Assembly: GCF_009914755.1 (NCBI RefSeq)
Contig: NC_060935.1
Strand: one strand, 5' to 3'
Length of the DNA: 64,000 nt
Origin: the human T2T-CHM13v2.0 reference genome, Homo sapiens
Each line of letters begins with the position of its first letter. The first letter of the stretch is position 1. Below are positions 13,034 through 25,983 of this stretch, in pieces. The notes beneath the pieces were generated by a model. That model worked only from the letters and a program-made list of their open reading frames with translations. It was not told the origin of the DNA and did not search any database. The position numbers were made by a program, and so were the translations under genes.

Positions 13034-14510
13034 GAGAGTGGTTGAGGTTGAAGTGATATGTAAAAAGTTATCAATTCAAGGTGGGTCTTGTACATCTTGC
13101 TAGTAGTTTATATTTTTTTCCTAGATGATCAGAGATCCTTAGAGTGTTGGCAATAAAAAACTGATTTTTTGTTCTTTCCGTATTATGCATGTGTATGTAT
13201 CCTTGAGTCAAATTAGTTGCAGGGTTGTGTGAAAACATTACCTTGATGGAGCTAAGTAGTAAGTTTCACCTTTATAGGACCAGTTAGCTTCATTTGTATC
13301 TCCAAGCAGAGATGGCCACATGCTTGTTGGCCACCTGAGCTGCAGATGTATAATTTTGATTATAAAGACAGATGAGAAAGTGTGTGTGGATCATCTCAAA
13401 TTGATTTCCATTCCTGGAGCAACAGCTCTCACGTACATATGCCAGCAATGGTGAGCCAATAACTATACCTTCACATATGGGGCAGCATACTTTATATATA
13501 AGTTTGGGTATCATTTTCCCACACCATTATATTATGCTTGAAAATAAATTATGGACAAGTCTCTAGGGTTAATATGACTGTGCACATCAATATCATCATA
13601 GACGTAGAAAATAGATTTAAATTAAGGTAATGTAGTTCCCGAATTGTCAAAAAAATTGTATTTTATGTATGTTTAAATAAAATGATTTTCCTCAACTGTG
13701 CATTTACATAATTAGTTATATTGAGTTGCAAAAGATTTCTGAGTAATTTACAAGTAGAGTGTAGCATTTGTTTTTCATAAACTCAGAAAATGATTGATCT
13801 AAAAGTATTTATAGATTCAAAATATTTAGATGTTACTCTTTACCATATTGGTAGCAGATACTGTATTAAAATCACCAAATTTGCATAATTTTAATTCAGC
13901 AAGAACAATAAGATTGCTAAGGGAATCATTCCTTGAAAGAAAAAAAAACAACACCATAACTGTGATTCAAATGACCTTCGTGGGTGCTTTGTAGAAAATG
14001 TGAATAAAATTAGGAGTAAAAGCTGAAGACATTTCATTTGGCTAGTGTTAAAGTATCATGGGTGTTATTTTATCAGAGATGTGACACGCTGTGATAGGCA
14101 TAGACAGATCATTGATTTTCACTCACTGTGCATAAAACACAGTTGACTCTCAAGATCCTGTTGAAAGAGTGCTTTAAATTGCCCAGAAAGTAGATCCCAC
14201 TCCTGGTCCCAGGTATTTGAGCATATGTACCCAAAAATAAACATCATTCCTGAATTTAAGATGATTTTAATAATAATGGAGAAAAAAAGTAGGCAGGAAA
14301 AGCCAATTAGTTTTTCCTGAGCCTTCCCCTCTTCTTTTCACTGCATTAGTGCTCTGGAGATTAACAAGATGGGAAGTGTTTCTGTTCTCCTGAAACTTAA
14401 AATTTATTTGTGAAAAGACAATAATGCCTATTAGGCAATAAATGATTAATACATACTTATACTCATCTGCCTTTGTTTTCTTATTTGCCAGATACAACGT
14501 ACACATTTTC

Positions 14511-14806
14511 TTTTTTTTTTTTTTGAGACAGATTCTCACTCTGCTGCCCAGGCTGGAGTGCAGTGGCGTGATCTCAGCTCACTGTAAATTCTGCCTCCTG
14601 GATTCAAGCGATTCTCCTGCCCCAGCCTCCTGAGTAGCTGGGATTATAGGAGCCTGCCACCACATCTGGCTAATTTTTGTATTTTTAGTAGAGATGGGGT
14701 TTCACCATATTGACCAGGCTGGTCTCGAACTCCTGACCTCAGGTGATCAGCCCACCTCGGCCTCCCAAAGTGCTGGGATTACAGGCTTGAACCACTGCAC
14801 CCAGCC
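14511..14806 (-). mobile_element. AluS
   Basis: Poly-T followed by a complete antisense Alu dimer. Confidence 0.95.
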
Positions 14807-17800
14807 ACTATTTTTCTCTTAAATGATATAGAATGATAAACACCAAAGTGAAGAGGAAGAAAGAATGATGAAGGTAGTTGAAGCGCAGAGATAAAGACAA
14901 GAATCTAGACATTCTGCATTCCAGTTCCAAGGGACCCACCTGTTTTAGTGGATACTGAGGTCTTTGATGGACTTAGAGAAATAACTTGGAGATTACCTGT
15001 CTTAGATTATTGCTAATGTATTTTTTCTCACCAACATAATGAGAAGATGTAGTACTAGATGTTTAAAAACACTTATGGAGAAGGGTGTTATGTTCGTTGG
15101 TGGATAGTGGTGCTTTCCTTTATTTGTTTCTTTCTTAAAATATTGAGAGTACTTTGGGAAAAAAAATTCAGTGATGAAAGGGACTGAGTGATAGAAAATT
15201 TGCATATGGCAGGTGGGAGAAAAACCCCTGAATTATGACTGCACAGTGAAATAAAACCATGCTGTATGCAATCTGGACTGTGTGTGTCAGTGATCCACAC
15301 TGTCTCAACCTCCTCTGACATGGATGCTATGAAATAATAACTCAGGAGAGATGTATTTGTCCCCATGAAAGAATTTTTTGTTGTTGTTTAAATACACTAA
15401 GTTGTCTCCCACACGGAGTGAAAAAAATTTGGAACTAGGTCACATGAGTTAAGTCCTTTGCAATTATTAGTTGATGGTCCTTTTAAAAATTACTTTATTA
15501 ATGTTTGGCAACCACAAATCCATGTAAACATCAGCATTTTGGTTAAATAATAAAAGAGTAAATAAAGCATTGTGACCGTATGCATTTACCCTGAGTGGTT
15601 TTAAGTTATAATTTTTAAAAATTTTTCTTTATAGAAAGTCATTGTTTTCTATAGTTTCTTTTTAGTGAAATATCCTTGCAGCACTACATTTGGCATTTTC
15701 TTTTGTCTAATGCATTGAGAAGATAGTTGGTTTCTATATGCCAAATATTATTGGAGAGTCTGATAAAATAAAGGGAGCAAAAGAAGAATCTTAGATTCCT
15801 ATTAGATTCATAATTATAAAATTATAATTACAAAAGTAATCATGCCTGTTTAAAATATACATGGCCTTCTTTATAAGAGAAAAAACTAGAATTGGACTTT
15901 GTTTCCATTTATAAAATATTAATGTGCCCTGACATTGAAAAATGAAATGAGATTAAGTAACTGTTGTGTCTGGGGTAACACTACTCCAGACGTTAAAGCT
16001 GAGTTGGGAAGATGATGACTGGGAGATAAGTTCACCTACAGCATCAAGAAAGCTTTCTCATATTTCAGAGACATTTCTATCCCTAAAAAGCTCCCCTTAA
16101 TAATACAGTAGAATCTGAACTAATGGGATACTTTAGATTTCCTATAATTAAGCAAATCAGCTGAGTGCAGGACTAAATTTCCAGCTCTTTACAGAAATTT
16201 CAGCTTTGTAATTCGAGAGACATATAATACCATTCATGTACTTGACAAGGGATATGCACTACATTTTTTCTTTGTTTTTTTCTTTTTTGCTTATAAACCC
16301 TCTTTCCTTTGAATACACCATGGACCCTTGCTTTCTAATGGCTCCAGAAGCCTAGGTTGTCCTCTCCAGGCTTTGGCTCTTGCCCTCTGGCTAATTTTTT
16401 TGGATTCCCTGTTGCTACTAAGGAAACAGGAGAGGATAGTGTTGCTAGGGTAGTGAAATGCTCATCTCTTTCAGCAATAATATCTGGCCAGAGGGAGAGA
16501 CAGCTCAGGGCTGACTGGTTTGCAGTGCCAGCGGGCAGGGGAGCCTTATGACTGCAAAAGGCTCCAGGAAGAATCTATGCCACCATGAATTCTGCACAGA
16601 ATGCATTTTAGTTGGAATCTGTACCCTTCTTCTATCCTCTTGGTATTAATAATTAATATGATTCATGAATTAAAGAGAATATTTCTTGAAAATTTTTACT
16701 TATTAATGCATTCATTTGATACTCTAAAAATGATCAAGTATACTTTTGCTAACTTATTCTGCCTCTTTGAGACATTATCTTGTGTTATGTGAAATATAGT
16801 AGCAGTCTGGCCCATGTCCTCTAGCTTAGGGATTGGTTTTCTCCCACTTAATACCTTGTTCATGACAGATTCAGACCCACATCAGAACACAGTCATCCCT
16901 CTCAATAATTTCTTGTTGGAATTATACCTATGTAGTATAGTAATAGTAACCTACATATATAGTATAGTAACCTACACTATAGACAGATACTCATATACAC
17001 ATATATAGGTCAGCCCCATATGGTAAAAGAAACAAGGCTCAAACAGCCAGAGAATGGGAGTAACCTCAACCTCTACACTCTGATGGTTGTCTGCAGGGCT
17101 ACTGCTCCCCTGGCAAGTTCCTTAGCCTGTGAAATTCTCCTGAATTTGTCATGGGAAAACAGCTCCCTCTTTGCCTTTGTTGAAGATGAAACTCTCACAG
17201 TCACTCCATTCCTCTTTCTTTGTCCCTCTATCCAAATTATAAGCCTGTAATACTTTCATGAATATAAAACTTACATGAAACCATCCATTTATGCAATATA
17301 TAATAAACTTCAGTAGTTTCTGGCTACTTTATCAACATGCTGGCCTTGTTTGCTTATCCCAAAAACTAAATTGGCATCAATGATGCTAAAATAATGGCAA
17401 CATTAAAACAAAAAGCAAGCATATAGACCATGACCAGCTTAAGACAACATTGATAACAACAAGTAATTAAGTATTTTCCAAACCTCAAGTTTTTAAAACT
17501 ATCTTTCAGTAGGTGTTCTGGAAGGACATCTGTAGGCAGACTACTTAGAATACTAATTTCAATCATTTAATAAATTTTACTATACACATGCATTAGTTTG
17601 AAAATATCAAATTTTAGTATCTAGTAGATTATAAGTGACTAACCCAATTTCTCCTATGTAAAAAATTAAAAGCCTACATAAAATTGTTCATCAATTGCCC
17701 AAAAGAACTGCATGAGGAATGTTTACTTTTTTCAGACAAGTTCGTATCCATTAAGAAGCTCCTCAAGTGTCCAATAAGGATGGTTGATCATTCTTTGAGT

Positions 17801-18459
17801 ATTAAATGTATCTCTATCTATGTCCCCATCTATGTTAATTTTATGTCTACATCAATATCTTAACATTCTGGAAATATTAGGATTATAAACTTCTTAAGAA
17901 TCCAATATTTCACCAACTCTACTCTTGTATCAAATGGCAGACAATAAAATACATAGGGGATGCAGGATGCCAGAGTTAGGAAAGAACCATGCAGATGAAC
18001 AGAAAGAGGTAATATTTTCCTGAGCATGTTGACTTTGAATTTCTGTCACATAAAGGAATACATATTACAAAACCTCACTCAAATTCTACTTAAGTATTCT
18101 TAAGCCCTTTAATTTTTCCCTCTCTGGAAGGTCTTCCATTTTATTCTATTTCTACTATCGAGAGCATTACTTCTGGGCTCTTAGAGATGCTTTGTCTCTT
18201 CAAGAAATCCCAACACTCTTTAGTCACGTTGCACAATACAAGGGGAATAATGCTGTTGGTGCACCATGGCTGTACGTTTAACTGTATTACAAGGTAATAA
18301 TGCCTTAACAATATTATTTTCAAGTAGGGTAGGCATGCTTTTGGAAGCACAAATCAGATAGTGAAATATATTAAATAGTTATTGCATGAGTCACTGATTT
18401 TCATCCCACGAAAAGCACCCTGCCATTTGGGGCACTGTTTTAGTCATATTCTACTTAGA

Positions 18460-19320
18460 AAAAAGGGAGCTCTGCAAGGTGTTTCAAGAACTGGGAGTCT
18501 AATTAAGCAAAGTGTTTATGCAGGTGTTGAAAAGCTGGAAAATCTAAAAGTATGAGAGGTTGGTAACTGCAGGAAGCTGCTATTGTCTGTAAGTGTGGGA
18601 AAGCAACAGGGGGATGTTGTCACAATTTACAAGTCAGAAGGAGAAGCCACTTCCTCAAAAGCTCCCATTGTCTGAAGAGTTGTCATAACTTCAGGAGATT
18701 CCACTATCTCAGGATCTAAGACACTGGATAAGTTACCACAGTTTCAGAGACTCTGGGTCAATGGAAGATATACTGACATATGAGTGAGTGCCAGGCTCTG
18801 CTGGGACATTTAAGAGAGTACCACTTTGCTATTGTTGGGACGACTGAGATCATGCCATGTACTTTTTCTGGGAATGATGAAACATGTTGAAGCTATAGTT
18901 ATCAACTGCTGTTGAAAGGATTCTGACAGAAATTGGAAGCTGAAATTGAGTTTCTTCTCTTCTCCTTCTTTCCAAAATTCTTCAAGAGGCTCCCATGGGC
19001 CAAACCTAATGAGAAATGATCTGGTGAGGAGGTCTGGAAATGCAGTTTACAGACTCCTACCCCCATCATGATAGAGCAGGATAAGAAGGCTTGGTATGAG
19101 ACTAAAAATGATAGGCGAGTAACTGGCACACTTTACCCCATTTCAGTGCATGGCATTTGCTCACACATTTCTATTCATATTTCAACTAACATATAACAAT
19201 CATTACAACCTCATTCTTCCACTTAAAAAGATGCAACTATTTTTTTAAAAAAACAAAGTTGTCATACTTTCCTCAAAAACAAAACTTCCAACAGACACTA
19301 TTAGTATTTGAGTGATGTAA
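18460..19320 (-). mobile_element. Ancient LTR (LTR78/MLT1-like) plus start of adjacent internal sequence, interrupted by the L1
   Basis: GGCCAAACCTAA...GGTCTGGAAATGCAGTTTACAGACTCC...AACTGGCACA LTR terminus at ~19130; internal-like sequence resumes at 25984. Confidence 0.5.
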
Positions 19321-19565
19321 ATTCCTCTTATTTTTTTTTTTAAAGTTTACTTTAAGTTCTGGGATACAAGTGCAGAACGTGTAGGTTTGTAACATAGGTA
19401 TATGTGTGCCATGGTGGTTTGCTGCACCTATCCACTTATCATGTAGTTTTGAAACCCTGCATGCATTAGCTATTTGTCCTCATGCTCTCCCTCCCCTCCC
19501 CTCACCCCCGAAACCCCTACTAGCCCTGTGTTGCTCCCCTCCATTTGTCCATGTGTTCTCATCGT

Positions 19566-22500
19566 TCAACTCCCACTTATGAGGTAGAAAATGCGGTATT
19601 TCATTTTTGTTTTTTGGTGTTAGTTTGCTGAGGATGATGACTTCCAGCTGTATCCATGTCCCTGCAAAGGATATAATCTCATTCCTTTTAATGGCTGCAT
19701 AGTTATTCCATGGTATATATGTACCACATTTTCTTATTCCAGTCTATCATTGATGGGCATTTGGGTTGGTTCCATGTCTTTGCTATTGTAAGCAGTGCTG
19801 CAATAAACATATGTATGCATATGTCTTTATAGTAGAATGATTTATATTCCTTTGGGTATATACCCAGTAGTGGGATTGCTGGGTCAAATGGTATTTCTGG
19901 TTCTAGATCCTCGAGGAATCACTACACTGTCTTCTGCAATGTTTGAACTAATTTATATTCCCACCTACACTGTAAAAGCATTCCTATTTCTCCACAGCCT
20001 TGCCAGCATCTATTGTTTCTTGACTTTTTAATAATCACCATTCTGACTAGCATGAGATGGTATCTCATTGTGGTTTTGATTTGCATTTCTCTAATGATCA
20101 GTGATGTTGGGCTTTTTTTCATATGCTTGTTGGACGCTCCCATTGTCTGAGGAGGAGCTTAAAGTAAAGACATAAATATCTTTTTTTTGAGAAGTGTCTG
20201 TTCATATTCTTTCCCCAGTTTTTGATAAGGTTTTTTTTTTTTTTTTTGTAAATTTGTTTAAGTTCCTTGGAGATTCTGGATATTAGACCTTTGTCGGATG
20301 GGTAGATTGCAAAAATTGTCTCCCATTTTGTAGAATGCCGGTTCATTCTGATGATAGTTTCTTTTGCTGTGCAGAAGTTCTTTAGTTTGATTAGATCCCA
20401 TTTGTTAATTTTGGCTTCTGTTGCAATTGTTTTTGGCATTTTCATCATGAAGTCCTTGCCCATGCCTATGTCCTAAATAGTATTGCCTAGGTTTTCTTCT
20501 AGTGTTTTTATGGTTTTGGGTTTTACATTTAAGTCTTTAATCCATCTTGAGTTAATTTTTGTATAAGGTATAAGGACAGGGTCCAGTTTCAGTTTTCTGC
20601 ATATGGCTAGCCAGTTTTCCCAGCACAATTTATTAAATAGGGAGTCTTTTCCCCATTGCTTGCTTTTGTCAGATTTGTCAAAGATCAGATGGTTGTAGGT
20701 GTGTGGTGTTATTTCTGAGGCCTCTGTTCTGTTCCATTGGTCATATGTCTGTTTTGGTGCCAGTACCATGCTGTTTTGGCTACTGTAGCCTTGTAGTATA
20801 GTTTGAAGTCAGATAGGGGACGCCTCCAGCTTTGTTCTTTTTGTTTAGTAGGATTGTCTCAGCTATATGAACTCTTTTTTGGTTCCATATGAAATTTAAA
20901 GTAGTTTTTTCTAATTCTGTGAAGAATGTCAATGGTAATGTGATGAGAATAGCATTGAATCTATAAATTGCTTTGGGCAGTATGGCCATTTTCATGATAC
21001 TGATTCTTCCCATTCATGAGGATGGAATGTTTTCCCATTTGGTTGTGTCCTCTCTTATTTTCTTGAGCGGTGGTTTGTAGCTCTTCTTGAAGAGATCCTT
21101 CACATCCCTTGTTAGCTATATTCCTAGGTATTTTGTTCTCTTTGTAGCAATTGTGAATGGGAGTTCATTCATGATTTTGCTCTCTGCTTGTCTATTGTTG
21201 GTGTATAGGAATATCTGTGATTTTTGCACATTGATATTGAATCTTGAGACTTTGGTGAAGTTGTTTATTAGCTTAGGGTGTTTTCTGGGCTGAGATGGTG
21301 GCGTTTTCTAAATATGGAATTATATTGACTGCAAGTAGAGACAATTTGACTTCCTCTCTTCCTATTTGAATACTGTTTATTTCTTTCTCTTGCCCGATTG
21401 CCCTGGTCAGACTTCCAATACTATGTTGAATAGGAGTGGTGAGAGAGGGCATCCTTATCTTGTGCTGGTTTTCAAAGGGAATGCTTCCAGCTTTTGCCCA
21501 TTTGGCATGATATCGGCTGTAGGTTTGTCATAAATGCCTCTTATTATTTTGAGACATGTTCCATCAATACTTAGTTTATTGAGAGTTTTTAACATGAAGT
21601 GATGTTGAATTTTATTGAAGGCCTTTCCTGCATCTATTGAGATAATCGTGTGGTTTTGGTCATTGGTTCTGTTTATGTGATGGATTACGTTTATTGATTT
21701 GCATATGTTGAACCAGCCTTGCATCCCAGGGATGAAGCCAACTTGATCGTGGTGGATAAGCTGTTTGATGTGCTGCTGGATTCAGTTTGCCAGTATTTTA
21801 TTGAGGATTTTCACATCGATGTTCATCAGGAATATTGGCCTGAAGTTTTCTTTTTTTGTTGTGCCTCTGCCAGGTTTTGGTATCAGGATGATGCTGGCCT
21901 CATAAAATGAGTTAGGGAGAACTCCCTCCTTTTCAGTTGTTTGGGATAGTTTCAGAAGGAATGGTACCAGCTCCTCTTTGTACTTGTGGTAGAATTCGGC
22001 TGTGAATTCTTCTGGTCCTGAGCTTTTTTTGGTTGGTAGGTTATTAATTACTGCCTCAATGTCAGCACTTGTTATTGGTCTTTTCATGGATTCAACTTCT
22101 TTCTGGTTTAGTCTTGGGAGGGTGTATGTGTCCAGGAATTTATCCATTTCTTCTAGATTTTCTAGTTTATTTGCTCAGAGGTGTTTATAGTATGCTGTGA
22201 TGGTAGTTTCTATTTCTGTGGGGTCAATGGTGACATCCCCTTTATCATTTTTTATTTTCTCTATTTGATTCTTTGCTCTTCTTTATTAGTCTAGGTAGCA
22301 GTCAATCTATTTTGTTAATTTTTTCAAAAAATCAGCTCCTGGATTCATTGATTTTTTCAAGTGCTTTTTTTGTGTCTCTATCTCCTTCAGTTCTGCTCTG
22401 ATCTTACTTATTTCTTGTCTTCTGCTAGATTTTGGATTTGTTTGCTCTTGCTTCTCTAGCTCCTTTTATTGTGATGTTAGGTTGTCTATTTGAAATCTTT

Positions 22501-23418
22501 CCAGCTTTCTGATGTGGGCATTTATTGCTATACATTTCCCTTTTAACAGTGCTTTAGCTGTGTCCCAGAGATTCTGGTACTTTGTCTGTTTGTTCTCATT
22601 GGTTTCAAAAAACTTCTTGATTTCTGCCTTAATTTCATGATTTACCCAGGAGTTGTTCAGGAACAGGTTGTTCAATTTCCATGTAATTGTGTGGTTTTGA
22701 GTGAGTTCTAATTTGGTACTGTGGTCTGAGAGACTGTTTATTATGATTTCAGTTCTTTTGTATTTGATGAGGTTTGTTTTGCTTCCAATTTTGTGGTCTA
22801 TTTTAGAATAAGTGCCATGTGGCACTGAGTAGAATGTATATTCTGTTGATTTGGGGTGGAGAATTCGGTAGATGGCTACTAGGTCCACTTGATCCAGAGC
22901 TGAATTCAAGTCCTGAATATCCTTATTAATTTTCTGTCTCATTTATTTGTCTAATATTGACAGTTAAAGTCTCCCACTATTATTGTGTGGGAGTCTAAAT
23001 CTTTTCATAGGTCTCTACGAACTTGTTTTATAAATCTGCGTGGTTCTGTACTGGGTGCATATATATTCAGGATAGTTAGCTCTTCTTGTTGAATTGATCC
23101 CTTTGCCATTATGTAATGCCCCTCTTTGTCTTTTTTTAAAATCTGTGTTGGTGTAAAATCTGTTTTATCAGAGACTAGGGTTATACTAGGGTTGTAACCC
23201 ATGCTTTTTTTGTTTTTCTTTTCATTTTTGGTAAATTTTCCTCAATACCTCTATTTTGAGCCTATATAGGTCTTTGCATGTGACATAGGTCTCCTGAATA
23301 CAGCACATGATGGGTTTTCACTCTTTAACCAACTTTCCAGTCTGTGTCTTTTAATTGGGGCATTTAGCTCATTTACATTTAAGGTTAATATTGTTATGTG
23401 TGAATTTGATCCTGTCAT
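19566..23418 (-). pseudogene. L1 ORF2 (endonuclease/reverse transcriptase), multiply disrupted
   Basis: Starts MTGSNSHITILTLNVN (ATG at 23418); fragments [80 protein letters not shown]. Confidence 0.93.
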
Positions 23419-23479
23419 CATGATGCTATCTGGTTATTTTGCACACTAGTTGGTGAAGTTTCTTCATGGTGCCATTGTG

Positions 23480-24502
23480 CCACTGGTTTTTATATTTTGG
23501 TGTGTTTTGCAGTGGCTGGTACCAACTTTTCCTTTCCATATTTAGTGCTTTCTTCAGGAGCTTTTGCAAGGTGGTGACAAAATCTCTCAGCATTTTTTTG
23601 TCTGGAAAGGATTTAATTTCTCCTTTGCTTATGAAGATTCGTTTGACTGGATATGAAATTCTGGGTTGAAAATTCTTTTCTTTAAGAATGTTGAATATTG
23701 ACTCCCACTCTCTTCTGGCTTGTTAAATTTCTGTTGAGAGATCCACTGTTAGTCTGATAGGCTTCCCTTTGTAGGTGACCTGCCCTTTCTCTCTGGTTGC
23801 CCTTAAGGTGTTTTTCTTCATTTCAACTATGGAGAATTTGATGACTATGTGTCTTGGGGCTGATCTTTTCATGTAATATCTTAGTGATGTTCTCTGTAGT
23901 TCCTGAATTTGAATGTTGGCCTGTCTTGTTAGGTTGCAGAAGTTCTCCTGAATAATATCCTGAAGTGTGTTTTCCAACATGGTTCCATTCTCCTGGTCTC
24001 TTTCAGGTACTCCAATCAATTGTAGGTTCAGTCTTTTTACATGGTCCCATATTTCTTGAAGGTTTTGTTTGTTCCTTTTTATTCTTTTTTCTCTAATCTT
24101 GTCTTCATGCCTTATTTCAGCAAGATGGTCTTCAAACTTTGATATCCTTTCTTCTGCTTGGCTGATTCAGCTATTGATACTTGTGTATGTTTCACAAAGT
24201 TCTTGTGCTCTGTTTTTCAGCTCTATCAGGTCATTTATGTTCCTTTCTAAACTAGTTATTCTAGTTAGCATCTCCTGTAACTTTTAATCAAGGTTCTTAG
24301 CTTCCTTGCATTGGGTTAGAACATGCTCCTGTATCTCAGTGGAGTTTATTACCCACCTTCTGAAGCCTAGTTCTGTCAATTCGTCCATCTCATGCTCTTT
24401 CCAGTTCTGTGCCCTTGCTGAAGGGGCATTGTGATCATTTGGAGGAGAAGAGGCACTCTGGCCTTTTGGGTTGTCAGCAGTTTTTCACTGATTCTGTCTC
24501 AT
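23480..24502 (-). pseudogene. L1 ORF1, disrupted
   Basis: IGVPE...LENTLQDIIQENF.NL.RQANIQIQE...REKGQVTYKGKPIRLT in ORF 23723..24019; early stop after the ATG at 24502. Confidence 0.9.
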
Positions 24503-25773
24503 CTTCATGAGTTTGTCTAGTTTCAATCTTTGAGGCTGCCGATCCTTAGATGGGGTTTCTGTGGGGACTTCTTTCATTGATGCTGTTGTTGTTGCTTTTT
24601 GTTTGTTTTTCTTTCAGTATTCAGGTCCCTCTTCTGTGGGGCTGCTGCGGTTTGCTGGGGTTTAACTTCAGACCCTATTTATCTGGTTTGCTCCTGTGTC
24701 TGGAGATGTCACTCGAGGAGGCTGGAGAATAGCAAAGATGCTCCTTCCTCTGGGATCCCTGCTCCTTCCTCTGGAATCTCTGACCTCGAGGAGCACCAAC
24801 CTGATGCCAGTAGGAATGCTCCTATATAGGGTGTCTGACAACCCCTGTTGGAGGGTCTCACCCAGTTGGGTGGCACAGGGAGCAGTACCCATTTCATGAA
24901 ACACTTTGTCCCTTGGTGGACGGGGTGTGCTTCATTGGGAGGAAATCCACTTGTCTGAGCTGCCCAGATTCCTCAGAACTAGCAGGAGGAAAGACCAAGT
25001 CTGCTGGTCTGCAGAGACTATGGCCACCCTTCCCCACAGGGGGTCAGGGCCAGGGAGATCAGCGTTCTGTCCTGAGCCCCTGGCTGGAGTTGTTGGAGTT
25101 CCTGCAGGGTGGCCCTGCCCAGTGAGGAGGGATGGGTCAGGATCAGGCCTGAAGAAGTATGTTGAGGTGTGAAGGATACCTCTTGGGACCAAATTGTCCA
25201 GCCTCCCTGGCTCCAGCAACGGAAAAGCACAGCCTGGAGCTATACAGATGGCTGCTGCCCTTCCCCCCGACACTGGGAGCTTAGTGTGTTAGGCAGCTAT
25301 CAGTTCCAGTGTTGGCTGCCACTCCTCCTCCAAGGAGCTCAAATGGCTTAAAAAACAGGCAGCTGCAGCTGTTATCCTGGCCTCTTCTCCCCCAGCTCCA
25401 CTCCCGTCTCCCTGGGGAGCTCAGCAGTCTTAACCAGATTTTAGCTGAGTGGCTGTTGAGAATCTGTGCCAGCCTCTGTGGTTGGAACCCTAGGCCTGGT
25501 GTCGTGGGCTCATGAGTGGGATCTTCTGATCTGTGGGTTGCACAGTTCCATGGAAAAACCATGGATTCCCAGGATGGGTAGCATGCTCAATCACTGCACC
25601 CTTGGCTAGGGGGTGGGGGCTCCCCTGCCCTACGTGGCTGTCAGGTGGGCCACCACACCACATTGCTCTTCCTTCCTCTTTGTGGGTCATCCCAGCCACC
25701 TAGTTAGTTCTGATGACATGACCTGGATATCTCGGTTGCCAGAGTGCAAGATTCGCACATTGTTACGGTTCTT

Positions 25774-25971
25774 GAGCATCTCAGGTCATCCCCAAACCGT
25801 TGGAAAAGACAGGACAGTGGCTGAGGACACATCACTCATTTTCCAGCCTTCAGATGTTCCGGTGTCTTCCCTATGGCTCTCCCAGTACCTGCAGGTCACA
25901 GGACAACAGGGGCTGTGGTAAAGTCACCTAGGTGTTCCTGGAACAAAGGAAATGGAACACTGGAGCAAATT
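25774..25971 (-). pseudogene. Retrocopied 5' exon(s) resembling a primate KRAB-ZNF gene leader, fused to the L1 5' end
   Basis: Minus strand reads CAGCCCCTGTTGTCCTGTGACCTGCAGGTACTGGGAGAGCCATAGGGAAGACACCGGAACATCTGAAGGCTGGAAAATG, resembling (from memory) first exons of ZNF91-subfamily / ZNF727-ZNF736-like genes; lies inside the L1 TSD. Confidence 0.65.
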
Positions 25972-25983
25972 ATTCTTCTTATT

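Larger units (their letters stand above)
19331..25773 (-). mobile_element. Near full-length primate L1 (older L1PA, roughly L1PA8-L1PA13), inactive
   Basis: Poly-T at 19331, 3' UTR, ORF2, ORF1 and ~1.25-kb GC-rich 5' UTR in order; TSD ATTC(C/T)TCTTATT at 19321-19332 and 25972-25983. Confidence 0.96.

Noticed and set aside
16521-16531. TGCAG as a CTCF upstream module
   Set aside because: Spacing to the putative core is too short for the canonical arrangement.
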